NCBI RefSeq assembly: GCF_046119375.1
Contig: NW_027362761.1
Coordinates: 604,128,001 to 604,192,000, forward strand
Length of the DNA: 64,000 nt
DNA from: Phyllobates terribilis
Taxonomy: Eukaryota
Direction of reading: 5' to 3'
Shown: positions 50,945 through 62,849 of the stretch, in pieces
Layout of the letters: every line of letters starts with the position of its first letter
Position numbering within the stretch: the first letter of the stretch is position 1
Notes under the pieces: model-generated
Database searches by the model: none
Seen by the model: the letters and a program-made list of their open reading frames with translations, nothing else
What the model was told of the DNA's origin: nothing
Translations under genes and position numbers: made by a program

Positions 50945-51170
50945 AGTGATGGGCGAGTGTGCTCGGCACAGCTCGATACTCGAGTATCACGTGGCGCTCG
51001 GATCACAGTAAATGAATTATATGAGCCGTGCGCTGAGAGAATTTTTCCGTCCTCTGGAAAAATGCTTGCGCTTGCCATTCACTTCCATTATGATCGTTAC
51101 TTGAGTCGAGGACGTCCGAGCCTCCGAAGTGCTCTGAGTACTGAGCATTTCACTGTCTGATCAACGCTAC
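50945..51170. mobile_element. Degenerate hAT-derived MITE
   Basis: CAGTGATGGGCGAGTGTGCTCGG...ACTCGAGTA start and ...GAGTACTGAGCA...GATCAACGCTA end resemble the 39326 element termini. Confidence 0.5.
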
Positions 51171-51899
51171 CAATAAATAATATGAGTTAGAGGATAGCGA
51201 ACAGTTATCTTGGCTAAGTGCCCTGCATGTACCCCCATTGCCAATGCGGCCTGACCGTGGAGATTCGCATCCTAGATCATAGACACAACTGGAGCCTCCA
51301 CTCAACATAGTCTGTCCCTAAGAATGCCCTGACATAGGTGAGCACCTAAAATGATGAATACAAGGATAGAGATAAGGAAAGGGCTAGCTTTGTGCAGTAT
51401 TACATAACAGCAATAAGGGTCCCTACAGCACCCTATAATACTACTGCCTGACCGTGGGGGTTGGCACCCTAAAAAGAATTACATAGAATACTGATTAGGA
51501 TAATGGACAAAATTCACACTAGTGGTCACCACTGATACAAATAGCTAGTATAGATTGGAAAGGGTATAAAGAAAGAAAAAGATGTGTGAATAAAATTTAG
51601 CTTTTATTAATATAATTAAAAAAACTCTTGTTTAATAAAAATTATTTATAAATGAATATTCATACATCAAATGATGTATATAGGGCTACTGCTGTGTAAT
51701 TTTAAGCAGTTCTAGCCCACAAGTTACTTATTTTAAATGTGAGGAAACAAAAATAAATTATCCACAGCCGATGCCCCTATAATTGTTGGCTGGGTATTAT
51801 AAGTTGTGTGTCCCAAGTATCCCAACCCTCTATGTCAAATAATTTTATTATTATAAATTCCATATATAAGATGCCGTAAAAATGTGAGGGATAATAATT

Positions 51900-52679
51900 A
51901 ATTCTCCACTAGTGAGCCTCTTGTGGCTTCTTATATTCTATGCACTGTTAGTGAGTTATTAACAGTATTGATGGGGAGATAAAATATTATGCTGGTGAGA
52001 TCTCACTGCTATAGATGACATTAAAGAAACAGCTATATGGCTGAACTTACATCTATGAGCCAGGCACTAAGGGCCCTTAGAAAAAGCCGGTAATCACGGC
52101 GAAACGCGCGTCAGGGACGTTTATTCTTATATTCTAAATGTGGTGACACACTCCAAGATCCATACACCACTCTTTGTCATGCTATGTGCCGTCGTTATCT
52201 CACTCTAATTCTTACTCTGCCGGCTTAATATATAAAGCGGCATTGACTGCGTGCAGATCATCTGCACGTGACTTGAATGAGAACGCTGTAGGGGAGATAA
52301 GGTGCTTTGATCTCCACGTGCTCTAGCTAATGATACACACTGGCAGCTAACTGCATGTTTGATCTCTGCAATAAATTACAGTGACTGCAAGCAGACCACT
52401 CGCACACAGTTAGAATGTATATGCTGTGGGAGAAAATGAGCACTCTTATCTTTATGGGTATGATTTGGTAGATCAGCGGTATTAACCGCATATATTACCC
52501 ACATTAGATTAGTGCCTGGCTCATAGATGTAAGTTCAGCCATATAGCTGTTTCTTTAATGTCATCTATAGCAGTGAGATCGCACCAGCATAATATTTTAT
52601 CTCCCCATCAATACTGTTAATAACTCACTAACAGTGCAGAGATTATAAGAAGCCACAAGAGGCTCACTAGTGGAGAATT
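51900..52679. repeat. 171-bp near-perfect inverted repeat (51900-52070 / 52509-52679) enclosing a PLE-type hammerhead segment
   Basis: AATTCTCCACTAGTGAGCC...GAGCCAGGCACTAA versus TTAGTGCCTGGCTC...GGCTCACTAGTGGAGAATT, with only a few mismatches. Confidence 0.9.
52074..52116 (+). ncRNA. Minimal hammerhead motif with altered core
   Basis: Stem I CCCU/AGGG; core UAGAAAA (U3-A8 type with U4>A); stem II GCCG/CGGC; GAAA; palindromic CGCGCG; cleavage GUC (52110-12). Confidence 0.65.
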
Positions 52680-53649
52680 GCCGTCTTTTAAGGCCAAAAA
52701 TGGCACCAAAAGATCAAGTAGGGGAAATTGCAGACGGCGGCAGCGGTGGCGATCATCCTAGACCCTGAAGGATCCTGATCTAAAGGATTCATATAGAAGA
52801 ACCATGTTTTTTTGTGGCACAATTGTGGAGAACATCTGAAGTCATTGATTCTGTGCAATCTCTGTGTTCACTGTTCACGTTTCCCGCTAGATATCTCAGC
52901 GAGCGAAGTCCCCAGGTTATTCCAGGAGACCCCATCTATGCAGAGTGGTCCTAAACAAATTGTATTTAACCCTGAGGGCACAGCTCACGTTTCTGTTTCC
53001 CCCTCGTCTCTAGATGGCAGGGTATGCCGCCTCTCCCAGCACTCTCCTATCTTTAGGTGCTGCTTGAAACCCCCCGTACTGTTTTTTTTCCCCCTAATTT
53101 TAATGATTAGTAACAATTCTGTCCTGAGGTTCTCTGATGGTGGTTGTGGCACTTTGTGTGTTCTGGTTGTTAGAGGAGTTTCCTGCCTCTGGTTTTTCAC
53201 TCTCTTCAGCCCTATGGAGGTCACTGATGACGTCAGAGCCCTGACATTGAGACCACTAGATATTACAGGCGACTTTCTGCCGGCGCCCGTCAGCCGCAGC
53301 GCCCCCTTCAGCCGGCAGCGCGTTACTGCCTCGTGTCCCCGGGAGCCGGATCTATCTGTCCCTATATCAGCGCCATATGTGCAGTAACAATCTGTGGTGC
53401 CGCCCGCACCCGGCTATGATAGTCTGCCATCACCACACGGTGACAATATGGCGGCTTCTGTGTGAGGTCTGTGCGGTCTCCACACAGTGTATAACCCCCC
53501 GGGGGGGGGGGGGGGTTATACACATGACGCCCTCATATCACATGACGCTCTTCACAGGTCCTTCACCACCACTTAACCAATAACAGCTAAGCACAGCCCC
53601 TTTATGTCACGTGAGCTTCATCACAGGTCCTTCACCAACACTAAACGTA

Positions 53650-53861
53650 TCAAAGCTGAGCCCCGCCCCCTTCTGCCCTGATCACATGATATTTACATGT
53701 TCACATGTCCTTCACTTCTCTCCTGAGCTCCGCCCCTGATCACATGGCGGTGACGTCACCACAGGTCCTCCCGCTCTCAGTGCAGCAGCTCCGTCCTGGT
53801 TGTGCGCAGCTCTTGCTCTCTGGTATCAGCCAGCAGCAGGTTTCCGCTTCCCGCCATTCCG
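53650..53861 (+). promoter_or_regulatory. CpG-island promoter and probable non-coding first exon of a KRAB-type gene
   Basis: GC boxes (CCCCGCCCC), repeated TCACATG E-boxes, CRE TGACGTCA (also near 53228), CCG|GTGAGA donor at 53861/53862. Confidence 0.55.
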
Positions 53862-54005
53862 GTGAGATTACAGGGAGGGTTTGTGGTGAATCTGTGAGAG
53901 GAGAGTGTGGGGTGAGATCAGAGCTGTTCCTGTGGAGGCTCCTGCTCCATGTGACTGCGGCTCCTCAGTGTTGTATGGGGGATGTGCAGCGGCTCCTCCT
54001 CACCT

Positions 54006-54380
54006 CACCGCCCCCGCTGGAGGTGGAGTTACCACGGTGACCGCCCCCACTGGAGGTGGAGTTACCACGGTGACCGCCCCCGCTGGAGGTGGAGTTACCA
54101 CGGTGACCGTCCCCCGCTGGAGGTGGAGTTACCACGGTGACCGTCCCCCGCTGGAGGTGGAGTTACCACGGTGACCGTCCCCCGCTGGAGGTGGAGTTAC
54201 CACGGTGACCGTCCCCCGCTGGAGGTGGAGTTACCACGGTGACCGTCCCCCGCTGGAGATGCAGTTACCACGATGACCGTCCCCCGCTGGAGGTGGAGTT
54301 ACCCCGGTGACCGACCCCCGCTGGCGGTGTAGTTACCGCGGTGACCGACCCCCGCTGGCGGTGTAGTTACCGCGGTGACC
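54006..54380. repeat. GC-rich minisatellite, 33-34-bp unit, about 11 copies
   Basis: (CCG(T)CCCCCGCTGGAGGTGGAGTTACCACGGTGA)n. Confidence 0.95.
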
Positions 54381-54409
54381 GTGCCCTGCTGATGAGCAGT
54401 CACATCGGT

Positions 54410-55125
54410 GGAGACGGCTGTACTGGAGATATCAGACATGGCAGACAGCTGTACCAGGGGTCACCGGGGATTTAAGACACGGAGGACACGGGAGACTGTA
54501 CCGGGGATATCAGACACGGAGGACACGGGAGACGGCTGTACCGGGGGTCACCGGGGATATAACACACGGAGGACACGGGAGACGGCTGTACCGGGGGTCA
54601 CCGGGGATATAAGACGCGGAGGAGATGGCTGTACCGGGGGTCACCGGGGATATCAGACACTGAGGACACAGGAGACTGCTGTACCGGGGGTCACCGGGGA
54701 TATCAGACACAGGAGACTGCTGTACCGGGGGTCACCGGGGATATCAGACACGGGAGACGGCTGTACCGGGGGTCACCGGGGATATCAGACACGGGAGACT
54801 GCTTTACTGGGGTCACCAGGGATATAAGACACAGAGGAGACGGCTGTACCGGGGGTCACCGGGGATATCAGACACTGTGGACACGGGAGACTGCTGAACC
54901 GGGGGTCACTGGGGATATCAGACACAGAGGACACGGCAGGCGGCTGTACCGGGGGTCACCAGGGATATAAGACACGGAGGACATGGGAGACGGCAGTACT
55001 GGGGGGTCACCAGGGATATAAGACACGGAGGAGACGGCTGTACCGGGGGTCACCGGGGATATCAGACACGGAGGACACAGAAGACGGCTGTACCGGGGGT
55101 CACCGGGGATATTGGACACTGTGTA
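54410..55125. repeat. GC-rich minisatellite, variable ~40-50-bp unit
   Basis: (GACACGGAGGACACGGGAGACGGCTGTACCGGGGGTCACCGGGGATATCA)n with internal length variants. Confidence 0.95.
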
Positions 55126-55966
55126 GCCACTAATCGCTTGTGGTCTGAGTGTTAGGACTGTGGGTAATTCCAAGAACAGTGCGCTCGCTTATATGGATGC
55201 TGTCAGCACAGAATTCCTGTTTGAACCCAGCATGAACGCTCCATGCTCCTTAGTTTCTGTTCATCTCCACACCACGCCTTCTCTTCTTTGATTGACAGCT
55301 CTGGCTTTATAAGGGCAGAGATAGAGGGAAAACAAGCAGATGGGAGGGTGCACTGAACTATTTCCTGCCACGATGCACCAAGCTCTTGTGATTGGTTTGT
55401 ACAGTCATTCTGCGCTGACGGACGGCCAGGCGTTGTACTCTGCTATTTCCGGCCATGACATTCACAATAAATGGAGCATTGGAGTGGAACCTGCTCACCT
55501 TCGCTCCACCCAGGACAGGACTCTCCATGTTCTCTAGATTGCTGGTTGTCCTATTTTGTGATCCGCAGTGGTCAGTAAATTATCCTCCAGTATTTGGATC
55601 TGTGGGGAGAACTTGACAGTTTTTGTTTTGGGAATTGCCAATTAAAAAAAATTTAAACATTACTCCCTGGTCCTCGTCTGTCCCACAGTGCTGCCCCGCT
55701 CCGGGCTTCAGTCTGACTTCGTCTTCTGATATCTGCGGCGCCTCCGTCACTGACTAGACCTCACAACATCATGACATGTGAAGCCTGAACTACAGCTGGG
55801 CATCATGGAGGGACAGATCAGAGATGTGGCAGGGGGAGTGAGTGAGTCTGGATGTTTTGTTAACTTCTTCCCGAACCTTTATAAACCAGCAAAGTGACGG
55901 CTAACTGAATAGCTAAAAAATATAAGTGAACTCTGGTTTGAGTGATGGCGGTGTCATTGTTGTCAG

Positions 55967-56090
55967 GTTCCTATAAGGTGTCAGGACGTCACTGTCTATC
56001 TCTCCATGGAGGAGTGGGAGTATCTAGAAGGACACCAGGATCGGTACAAGGAGGTGATGATGGAGGAGCTCCGGCCTTTTACATCACCAG
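55967..56090 (+). CDS. Amphibian-type KRAB-A exon (oocyte/gastrula zinc-finger family); partial gene, no C2H2 exon in window
   Basis: TGTCAG|GTT...ACCAG|GTGAG, 124 nt: [41 protein letters not shown]. Confidence 0.85.
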
Positions 56091-56380
56091 GTGAGAAGCG
56101 ACACCGACATATATATAATTGAGGCAGAGGCCATTACCTGGAGCCTCCGTATTTCCATGCCTCGGGCTCAGGAGCTGATCTGCATCTTCAGTGGTGGGAA
56201 TCAGCCTTCACACGTAGATGACCTCCTGCTGTAAATTTAGGGTCAGAGCCTCCTCCGATCCCGTCATTTTACCCATTCGATGCTGCGAAATAAAGTATCC
56301 CTGCTGATAAAGGGGGATGTCCGCTTGCTTCTTTCCATTATTACCTCCCACACTTCTCTTCAGCTTTGTAAGGCTCTCAC

Positions 56381-57704
56381 TAGTGATGAGCGAGCATGTT
56401 CTGTAATTGTCTCCTTCTTGGTCTCTGCCTTTCTTCAGCTCACAGCCCCGCCTCGTTGACAGGAAATCATTGAAGGTGTCAGGTTGAGCGTACAAGCCCT
56501 ATGTCTGCATACACAGAGCGAGCAGCCGCGGCTTCTTCTGCAGCTCAGCTCTACACTGCAGGAGCGATTAAGCTCCTGTGTCTGTATGAGCCGGCTGGTG
56601 GTGAGAGCAGTCACATCCGTTACCACTGATGTGACTGCTCTCCAAATCATCCGGATCGTCGTGGGACAGTGTGGATTATCTTCACGTCGGACAGGGGAGG
56701 GATGTGGTTGTTTATTATTTTTCTTCTTTTTCAGAGGACATGGGCATCGTTGGATTAGGCTTAAGGTGAATATAACTGAGTTTTTTATTTCAAATAAAGA
56801 AGTCTGTGTAATTATTTCAGTTAAAGTACTTTTTTCTGGCTGTGTTTTTTATTTGCAATCTAACTATGGGGGCGTCTTCTAGTAAGTGGGTTTGATGTCA
56901 GCGGCCATAAAACAACTGACATTAACCCCAAAACCATTACCCCACTTGCCACTGCATCAGGGCAAGTGGGAAGAGCCGGGCAAAGCACCAAATGATGTTC
57001 CTTTTCTGGGGCGACTGTGGGCTACTATTTTTAGGCTGGGGGGGTGCAATATCTATGGCCCCTTCCCAGACTGAGAATACCAGCCCCCAGCTGTGTGCAT
57101 TAGCTTGGCTGGTTGTCAAAAATAGGGGGGGGGGGCCCCTCCTAGTTTTTTTTTTTAAATTATATATTTAAATAATTAAAAAATACGGCGTGGGGTCCCC
57201 TCTATTCTTTATAACCAGCCAAGCTAATGCAGACAGCTGGGGGCTGCAGTTGTCAGTTTTTCCTGCACTGGTTAATAAAAATAGATGTGACCCCACTTTA
57301 TTTATTTCACAGGTGTCGGCTGATGAATACTCCAATCAGCGGCGCCTGATCTCGCTGCAATCAGCGACAGCCGGCGTAGTAAGATGAGAGTAGTACTCTC
57401 TCATCAGCTGACACTTGTGACCGGTGGTAACCTTTTTAGTTGCTAGCTCACATGTAGACATCTGACAGCGTGGGAACCACAACGCTCTTACCGGTGGTAA
57501 TGATCTTACCGCCGATTAGAGCCCGTGTTTGCCGCGCTGTCAGGCACATGACCGCATGGCAAACAACAAATGTTCGGGCCCCCCATTCATCTGAATGGGG
57601 CCCTGAGTTCAGGTACCGTTCTGTTACCTGAATCAAACTTTTTTTTTTTTAGATGTTCTGCCGAACCCACCGGACCCGAACATCCACGAATTCGCCCATC
57701 GCTA
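56381..57704. mobile_element. Non-autonomous hAT-like element (possibly composite)
   Basis: TAGTGATGAGCGA start, TTCGCCCATCGCTA end, CCGAAC/GTTCGG subterminal repeats. No matching 8-bp TSD. Confidence 0.5.
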
Positions 57705-57967
57705 CTGCTGGATACTGATTGTTACTAAGCAAATGGAAAATATATTGAAGAAACGACTATAGTGACTAATGGCCACCTGCTTCTGACTCATCAGCTTTAT
57801 CAGAGAAATAACTTTTCTTCGTCCTCTGCCGTCCAGTCTGTATTTTTCCTGCAGTTTTCTCTGGTGAAGCCCCTCAGACTATCTGGTAAATGATTGTCCA
57901 GAGAAGAAAAGATGACGCTGCCATCAGTCCTGCGTCTGCCGACAGGAAAGCCTCCTGAGACTATTCA

Positions 57968-59180
57968 TGTGCAGGGGATCGCTCACAATGTGTGGGGGCT
58001 TCTCATCCATGGAGGGGGTCATTCACAATGTGTGGGGGCTTCTCATCCATGGAGGGGGTCATTCACAATGTGTGGGGGCTTCTCATCCATGGAGGGGGTC
58101 ATTCACAATGTCCGGGGGCTTCTCATCCATGGAGGGGATCACTCACAATGTGTGGGGGCTTCTCATCCATGGAGGGTCACTCACAATGTGCGGGGGCTTC
58201 TCATCCATGGAGGGGGTCATTCACAATGTGTGGGGGCTTCTCATCCATGGAGGGGGACACTCACAATGTGTGGGGGCTTCTCATCCATGGAGGGGGTCAC
58301 TCACATTGTGCAGGGGCTTCTCATCCATGGAGGGGATCACTCACAATGTGCAGGGGCTTCTCATCCATGGAGGGGATCACTCACAATGTGCAGGGGCTTC
58401 TCATCCATGGAGGGGGTCACTCACAATGTGCAGCGGCTTCTCATTCATGGAGGGGGTCACTCACAATGTGCGGGGACTTCCCATCCATGTAGGGGCTCTC
58501 TCACAATGTGCGGGGGCTTCTCATTCATGGAGGGGGTCACTCACAATGTGCGGGGGCTTCTCATCCATGGAGGGGGTCACTCACAATGTGTGGGGCTTCT
58601 CATCCATGGAGGGGGTCACTCACAATGTGCGGGGGCTTCTCATCCATGGAGGGGGTCACTCACAATGTGTGGAGGCTTCTCATCCATGTAGGGGCTCACT
58701 CACAATGTGCGGGGGCTTCTCATCCATGGAGGGGGTCACTCACAATGTGTGGGGGCTTCTCATCCATAGAGGGGGTCACTCACAATGTGCGGGGGCTTCT
58801 CATCCATAGAGGGGGTCACTCACAATGTGCGGGGGCTTCTCATCCATGGAGGGGGTCACTCACAATGTGCGGGGGCTTCTCATTCATGGAGGGGGTCACT
58901 CACAATGTGCGGGGGCTTCTCATCCATGGAGGGGGTCACTCACAATGTGCGGGGGCTTCTCATTCATGGAGGGGGTCACTCACAATGTGCGGGGGCTTCT
59001 CATCCATGGAGGGGGTCACTCACAATGTGTGGGGGCTTCTCATCCATGTAGGGGCTCACTCACAATGTGCGGGGGCTTCTCATCCATGGAGGGGGTCACT
59101 CACAATGTGTGGGGGCTTCTCATCCATAGAGGGGGTCACTCACAATGTGCGGGGGCTTCTCCATGGAGGGGGTCACTCAC
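57968..59180. repeat. Minisatellite, 40-bp unit, about 30 copies
   Basis: (GGAGGGGGTCACTCACAATGTG(C/T)GGGGGCTTCTCATCCAT)n. The unit has no stop on the plus strand, hence the spurious overlapping ORFs. Confidence 0.97.
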
Positions 59181-59372
59181 ATTTTTGGGGTAATACCAAA
59201 AGGCATCACAGTGAAAGATAATGCCTTACCAACACCAGGTCAAATTACCTATGCACTGCCGGATGCAGCAAGCCTCCATGATAAAGGCGGGGGCAGCACA
59301 TGTGCAGAATACTGATGCAGACAGTTTTGCACAAATATTGTCTATTTATGTCATTTAATAAAGTTTTATATA

Positions 59373-61171
59373 CAGGGGGTGAAATAAGTATTATAACACA
59401 TCAACAATTTTCTAAGTAAATCTATTTGTAAAGGTGCTATTGACATGAAATTCTCACTAGATGTGGGTAACAACCCATCCGATCCACACAGGCAAAGAAA
59501 TCACCATAGATGTCCATAAATTATGTGTAATAATGAGAAATGACAGCGAGAAAAAATATTTAACACGTTTACTAAATGGGGAAAATAAGTATTTTTTGAA
59601 AATTTTGCAAGTTTTCCCACCTACAAAGAATGGAGAGGTCTGTAGGATGATTCTGAGAAAGGTCAGGATTCAGCCCAGAACTACACGGTAGGACCTGGTC
59701 AGTGACCTGCGGAGAGCTGGGACCACAGTCTCAAACATTATTGTTAGTAACACACAACGCCGTCAAGTTCTGTTTTTCTATTGTATCAAATACTTATTTC
59801 ATGTAATAAAATGCTAATTAATTATTTAAAAATCATCAATGTGATTTTCTGGGTTTTATTTTTAGATTCTGTCTCTCACAGGTGAAGTGACCTACGATAA
59901 AAATTACAGATCTCTCCATTCTCTGTAGGTGGGAAAAAGTGCAAAATCGGCAGAGTATCAAATACTTATTTTCCCCACTGTATATAATACTCCGTACAAA
60001 AGCCTTTATTGGTGATGAAGCTTCAATACACCTCATGTATGGAGAAACTAGTCACAGGCATTGCTCAGGTGTGATTTTGGTTCATTTTTCCATACAAACA
60101 CTCATCACATCCTGGAGGTCCCGTGGCTCCTTCTATGAACTCTGAACTTTATTTCCTTCCATACATTTTCTCTTGGATTCAGGTCCAGTGATCTGCTCGG
60201 CCTTTCTAGCAGCTTTATTTTCTTTCTCTGAATGCAACTGAGAGTTTCCTTGGCCATGTGATTGAGATCATTGGCTTGGTGAAATGTCCACCCTCGTTTC
60301 ATCTTCATCATCCTGGTAGATGGCAGCAGATTTTTATCAAGAATGTCTCGGTACATTTGTCCATTCATCCTTCCTTTAATCATATAAAGTTTGCCAGTGC
60401 CGTATGCTGAAAATCAGCCCTATACCATGATACTGCCACCTCCTCACTACACTGTTGATATGCTGTTTTTGGGGTGATATGAAGTGTCTTTTGGCCTCCA
60501 AAAATAGTGTGTATTATGACATCCAAAGTGGTCACTTTTGGGCTCATCTGACCAGACTATGTTCTTCCAGTATTTCACAGGCTTTTCTAAATGTTGAGCA
60601 AACTGTAAATGTGCTTGAACATGCTCTTTGTCCAGCAATGGAGTTTTGCGTAGTGAGCATGCGAGTTGTCGTGGCCGATTTATGGTGAAATAATGTTCTT
60701 TCCACTTCCTGATCACTGGTACATTCAGTAGTTTAGAAATTCTTCTATAATTAATGCCATCAGTATGTTTTGCAGCAATAAGGTTGCTAAGGTCTTGAGG
60801 CTGCTCACTGGTTTTACCCATCACGGGATGTTTTGTGTGGCACCTTGGTAATAAGATAAGTTTTTATAGTCCATCAGATGAACCAGCTGATATTATTTGT
60901 CACGTGGCTTTCTAATTACTGATAGATCTCAGCCGATGTCAGGACTTTCCAGAGCTTTTTGCTCTTCTCTTTCTTCATGTGTTCAATGCTTTTTCCAGGT
61001 GTCATTTCTCATTATTACACATAATTTATGGGCATCTTTGGTGATTTATTTGCCTGTGTGGATCGGACGGGTTGTTGCCGACATCTGGTGAGAATTTCAT
61101 GTCAATAGCACCTTTAGAAATAGATTTACTTAGAATATTGGTGACGTGTTCAATACTTATTTCACCCGCTG
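59373..61171 (-). mobile_element. Tc1-like (DD34E-type, long IR) transposon, decayed
   Basis: TA-CAGGGGGTGAAATAAGTATT ... AATACTTATTTCACCCGCTG, about 200-bp TIRs. Minus-strand MGKTSEQPQDL, WSDE, HQANDLNH, LDLNPRENVW. Confidence 0.85.
59573..59980. mobile_element. Internally deleted Tc1-like element nested in the previous one
   Basis: TGGGGAAAATAAGTATT ... AATACTTATTTTCCCCACTG-TA ends, with a short transposase remnant (RMILRKVRIQPRTTR). Confidence 0.7.
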
Positions 61172-61199
61172 TCTGCAGTCTTCAGCATTCTAATGACTT

Positions 61200-61570
61200 A
61201 TTTTTCCTGTAAGAATACTGATGCTTTGTTACACCAAGAATTTCCCCTAGTGCTAAATAACAAATACACGTGGAATCTCCACATCCGTAAAAGTTGTTAT
61301 TGCTGATTGAATTCTGTAAATAAAAAACTCAAACAATTGTGGAACTGCACTTGTTTCGCCGCATTTGGATTTTTTTTTTCGTTCTTTCCAGTGCATCACG
61401 TGATAATATGTATGGTATCATTCAAAACTACAACTTATCCCATAAAAAACAAGCCCTGATACATCTATGTTGACAAAACAATAAAAAAAAAAGTTATGAC
61501 TCTTGGAAGAAGGGGAGGAAAAAATGAAAGCGCAAGAATGGAAAATTGCCTTATTAGTCGGGGGGGTTAA
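61200..61570. mobile_element. piggyBac-like non-autonomous element right end
   Basis: AAACAAGCCC...GTTATGACTC...GGGGGGTTAA terminus (TTAA). Confidence 0.45.
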
Positions 61571-61579
61571 AATAGAGCG

Positions 61580-62640
61580 GACATGAGTGAATCCAGGTCT
61601 TTAGAAAAGATTAGGATGTCTTCTGAGACATACGGGAACAGGACATCATGAAAGATTTATTTAACAAACTACTGGAGCACAGCCAATGACAAGAAATTCA
61701 GTGTGACCATCGCGGGAATTGATTGCTGTCTTTCCATTCGTGGCTCTGTTTTGGTGAAGATGGATGCTCCCTTAATCCCGTCAAAAAGTTCTGAGATGCT
61801 GGGCAACTTCTAGTGATCATTCAGAGAGAGCTTATTTAGACCCGTATAGTCGATGCATGGTTTAAGAGCCATTTTTATTCTTCATGAAGAAGAAACCTTT
61901 ATCAGGCCTGAGACTAGGACTTTTGGAAGAATCACCTGGGAGGTTCAGTACAAGGATGACGTAGTGTATATCACTGAAACGGCCAAGGAAGAGGTAGTAT
62001 TTTGGCCTTCTGCTTGGGAAAAGATGTCAGCGAAGTCATAATAAGGAAAAAGGCAAGTTGGAGAAAAAGGATGCAGAGTTTCAGAGAAAGTTGAGTTGTT
62101 GAGGCAGAACTGTGATCCCCATTAGGTGAACTGGTTTCGTACCAATCTATGACCGGAGAATATAGCTTTAGGCACGGAAGTCCTAAGAGCAGCTGCACGT
62201 CAGAAAATGGAAACACTAGAAAAGAATTGTCCTTAATGTGTAGTTCTCCAACTTGGGTCACCTTGTTAGTACAAAGCTGGATATGACCACCAGCAATTGC
62301 AGAACCATTCGTTGAGATCATTTGCAGCATGGTGTCTACTAAGAAGTCAATAAAATTCTCTACAGCTTCGGAATCAATGATGCCTTGATCTCAGAGGAAC
62401 AAACGATAATAGACTTAGATACCACATGCTCGTCTTTGGAGGAGGAAATTGTACACCCCAAGGCAATCCCTCCTCTTTCCCCTTTTGGGAAGATTCCCTG
62501 TTTGGCCTTCATTTTGGAACAGTCTTTGTGAAATTGATCAATTTTAAAGCAACATAGACAAGGTCCTTCTATCTGGTGATGGGAAGTTTCGACCAAGCAT
62601 AATTTCTTCCAGCCAATTAATCTCTGGGAGGAGATATTTT
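61580..62640 (-). mobile_element. Gypsy/Ty3 LTR retrotransposon gag-pol relic
   Basis: Minus strand: zinc-knuckle-like CFKIDQFHKDC; protease GIIDSEAVENFID and LLLGLPCLKLYSPVIDW; RT remnants KPCIDYTGLNK, ISELFDGIKGASIFTK, DILIFSKDL. Many stops. Confidence 0.75.
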
Positions 62641-62849
62641 AGATGCTCTTATATTTGAGAACTGAGAATCTTGATCTTTCTTCCTTCACCGCTTTCTAAA
62701 ACACACAGCACTGTGTAAAAGTTTTCAGCTTTTTTTCCCCACCTGCTTAAAGGTAAAAATTATTTAAATATTAAAAAGGTTAATAAATTGCATTTTATAA
62801 ACTGATTACAATTAAAGTGAATAAATAAACAAAAGAGAACTCATAGCAA

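Noticed and set aside
52812-53387. 191-aa ORF next to the CpG island
   Set aside because: Non-ATG start, no recognisable domain, no splice support.
54006-54380. Chi-like GCTGGAGG and CRISPR-like regular repeats
   Set aside because: This is a eukaryotic minisatellite without unique spacers. Chi similarity is a known, functionally unproven feature of GC-rich minisatellites.
56381-57704. Treating the two hAT-like ends as one TSD-bounded insertion
   Set aside because: The flanking 8-mers (GCTCTCAC vs CTGCTGGA) do not match, so it may be composite; listed at low confidence only.
57968-59180. GAGAAGCC (EKP, zinc-finger linker-like) on the minus strand of the minisatellite
   Set aside because: There is no C-x2-C/H-x3-H periodicity, and the unit is 40 bp rather than 84 bp. 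It is also on the strand opposite the KRAB exon.
57894-59221. Several long overlapping ORFs (up to 280 aa) rich in H/G/C
   Set aside because: They come from a 40-bp (non-triplet) repeat lacking plus-strand stops, so all three frames are open and cycle through the same peptides. Not a gene.
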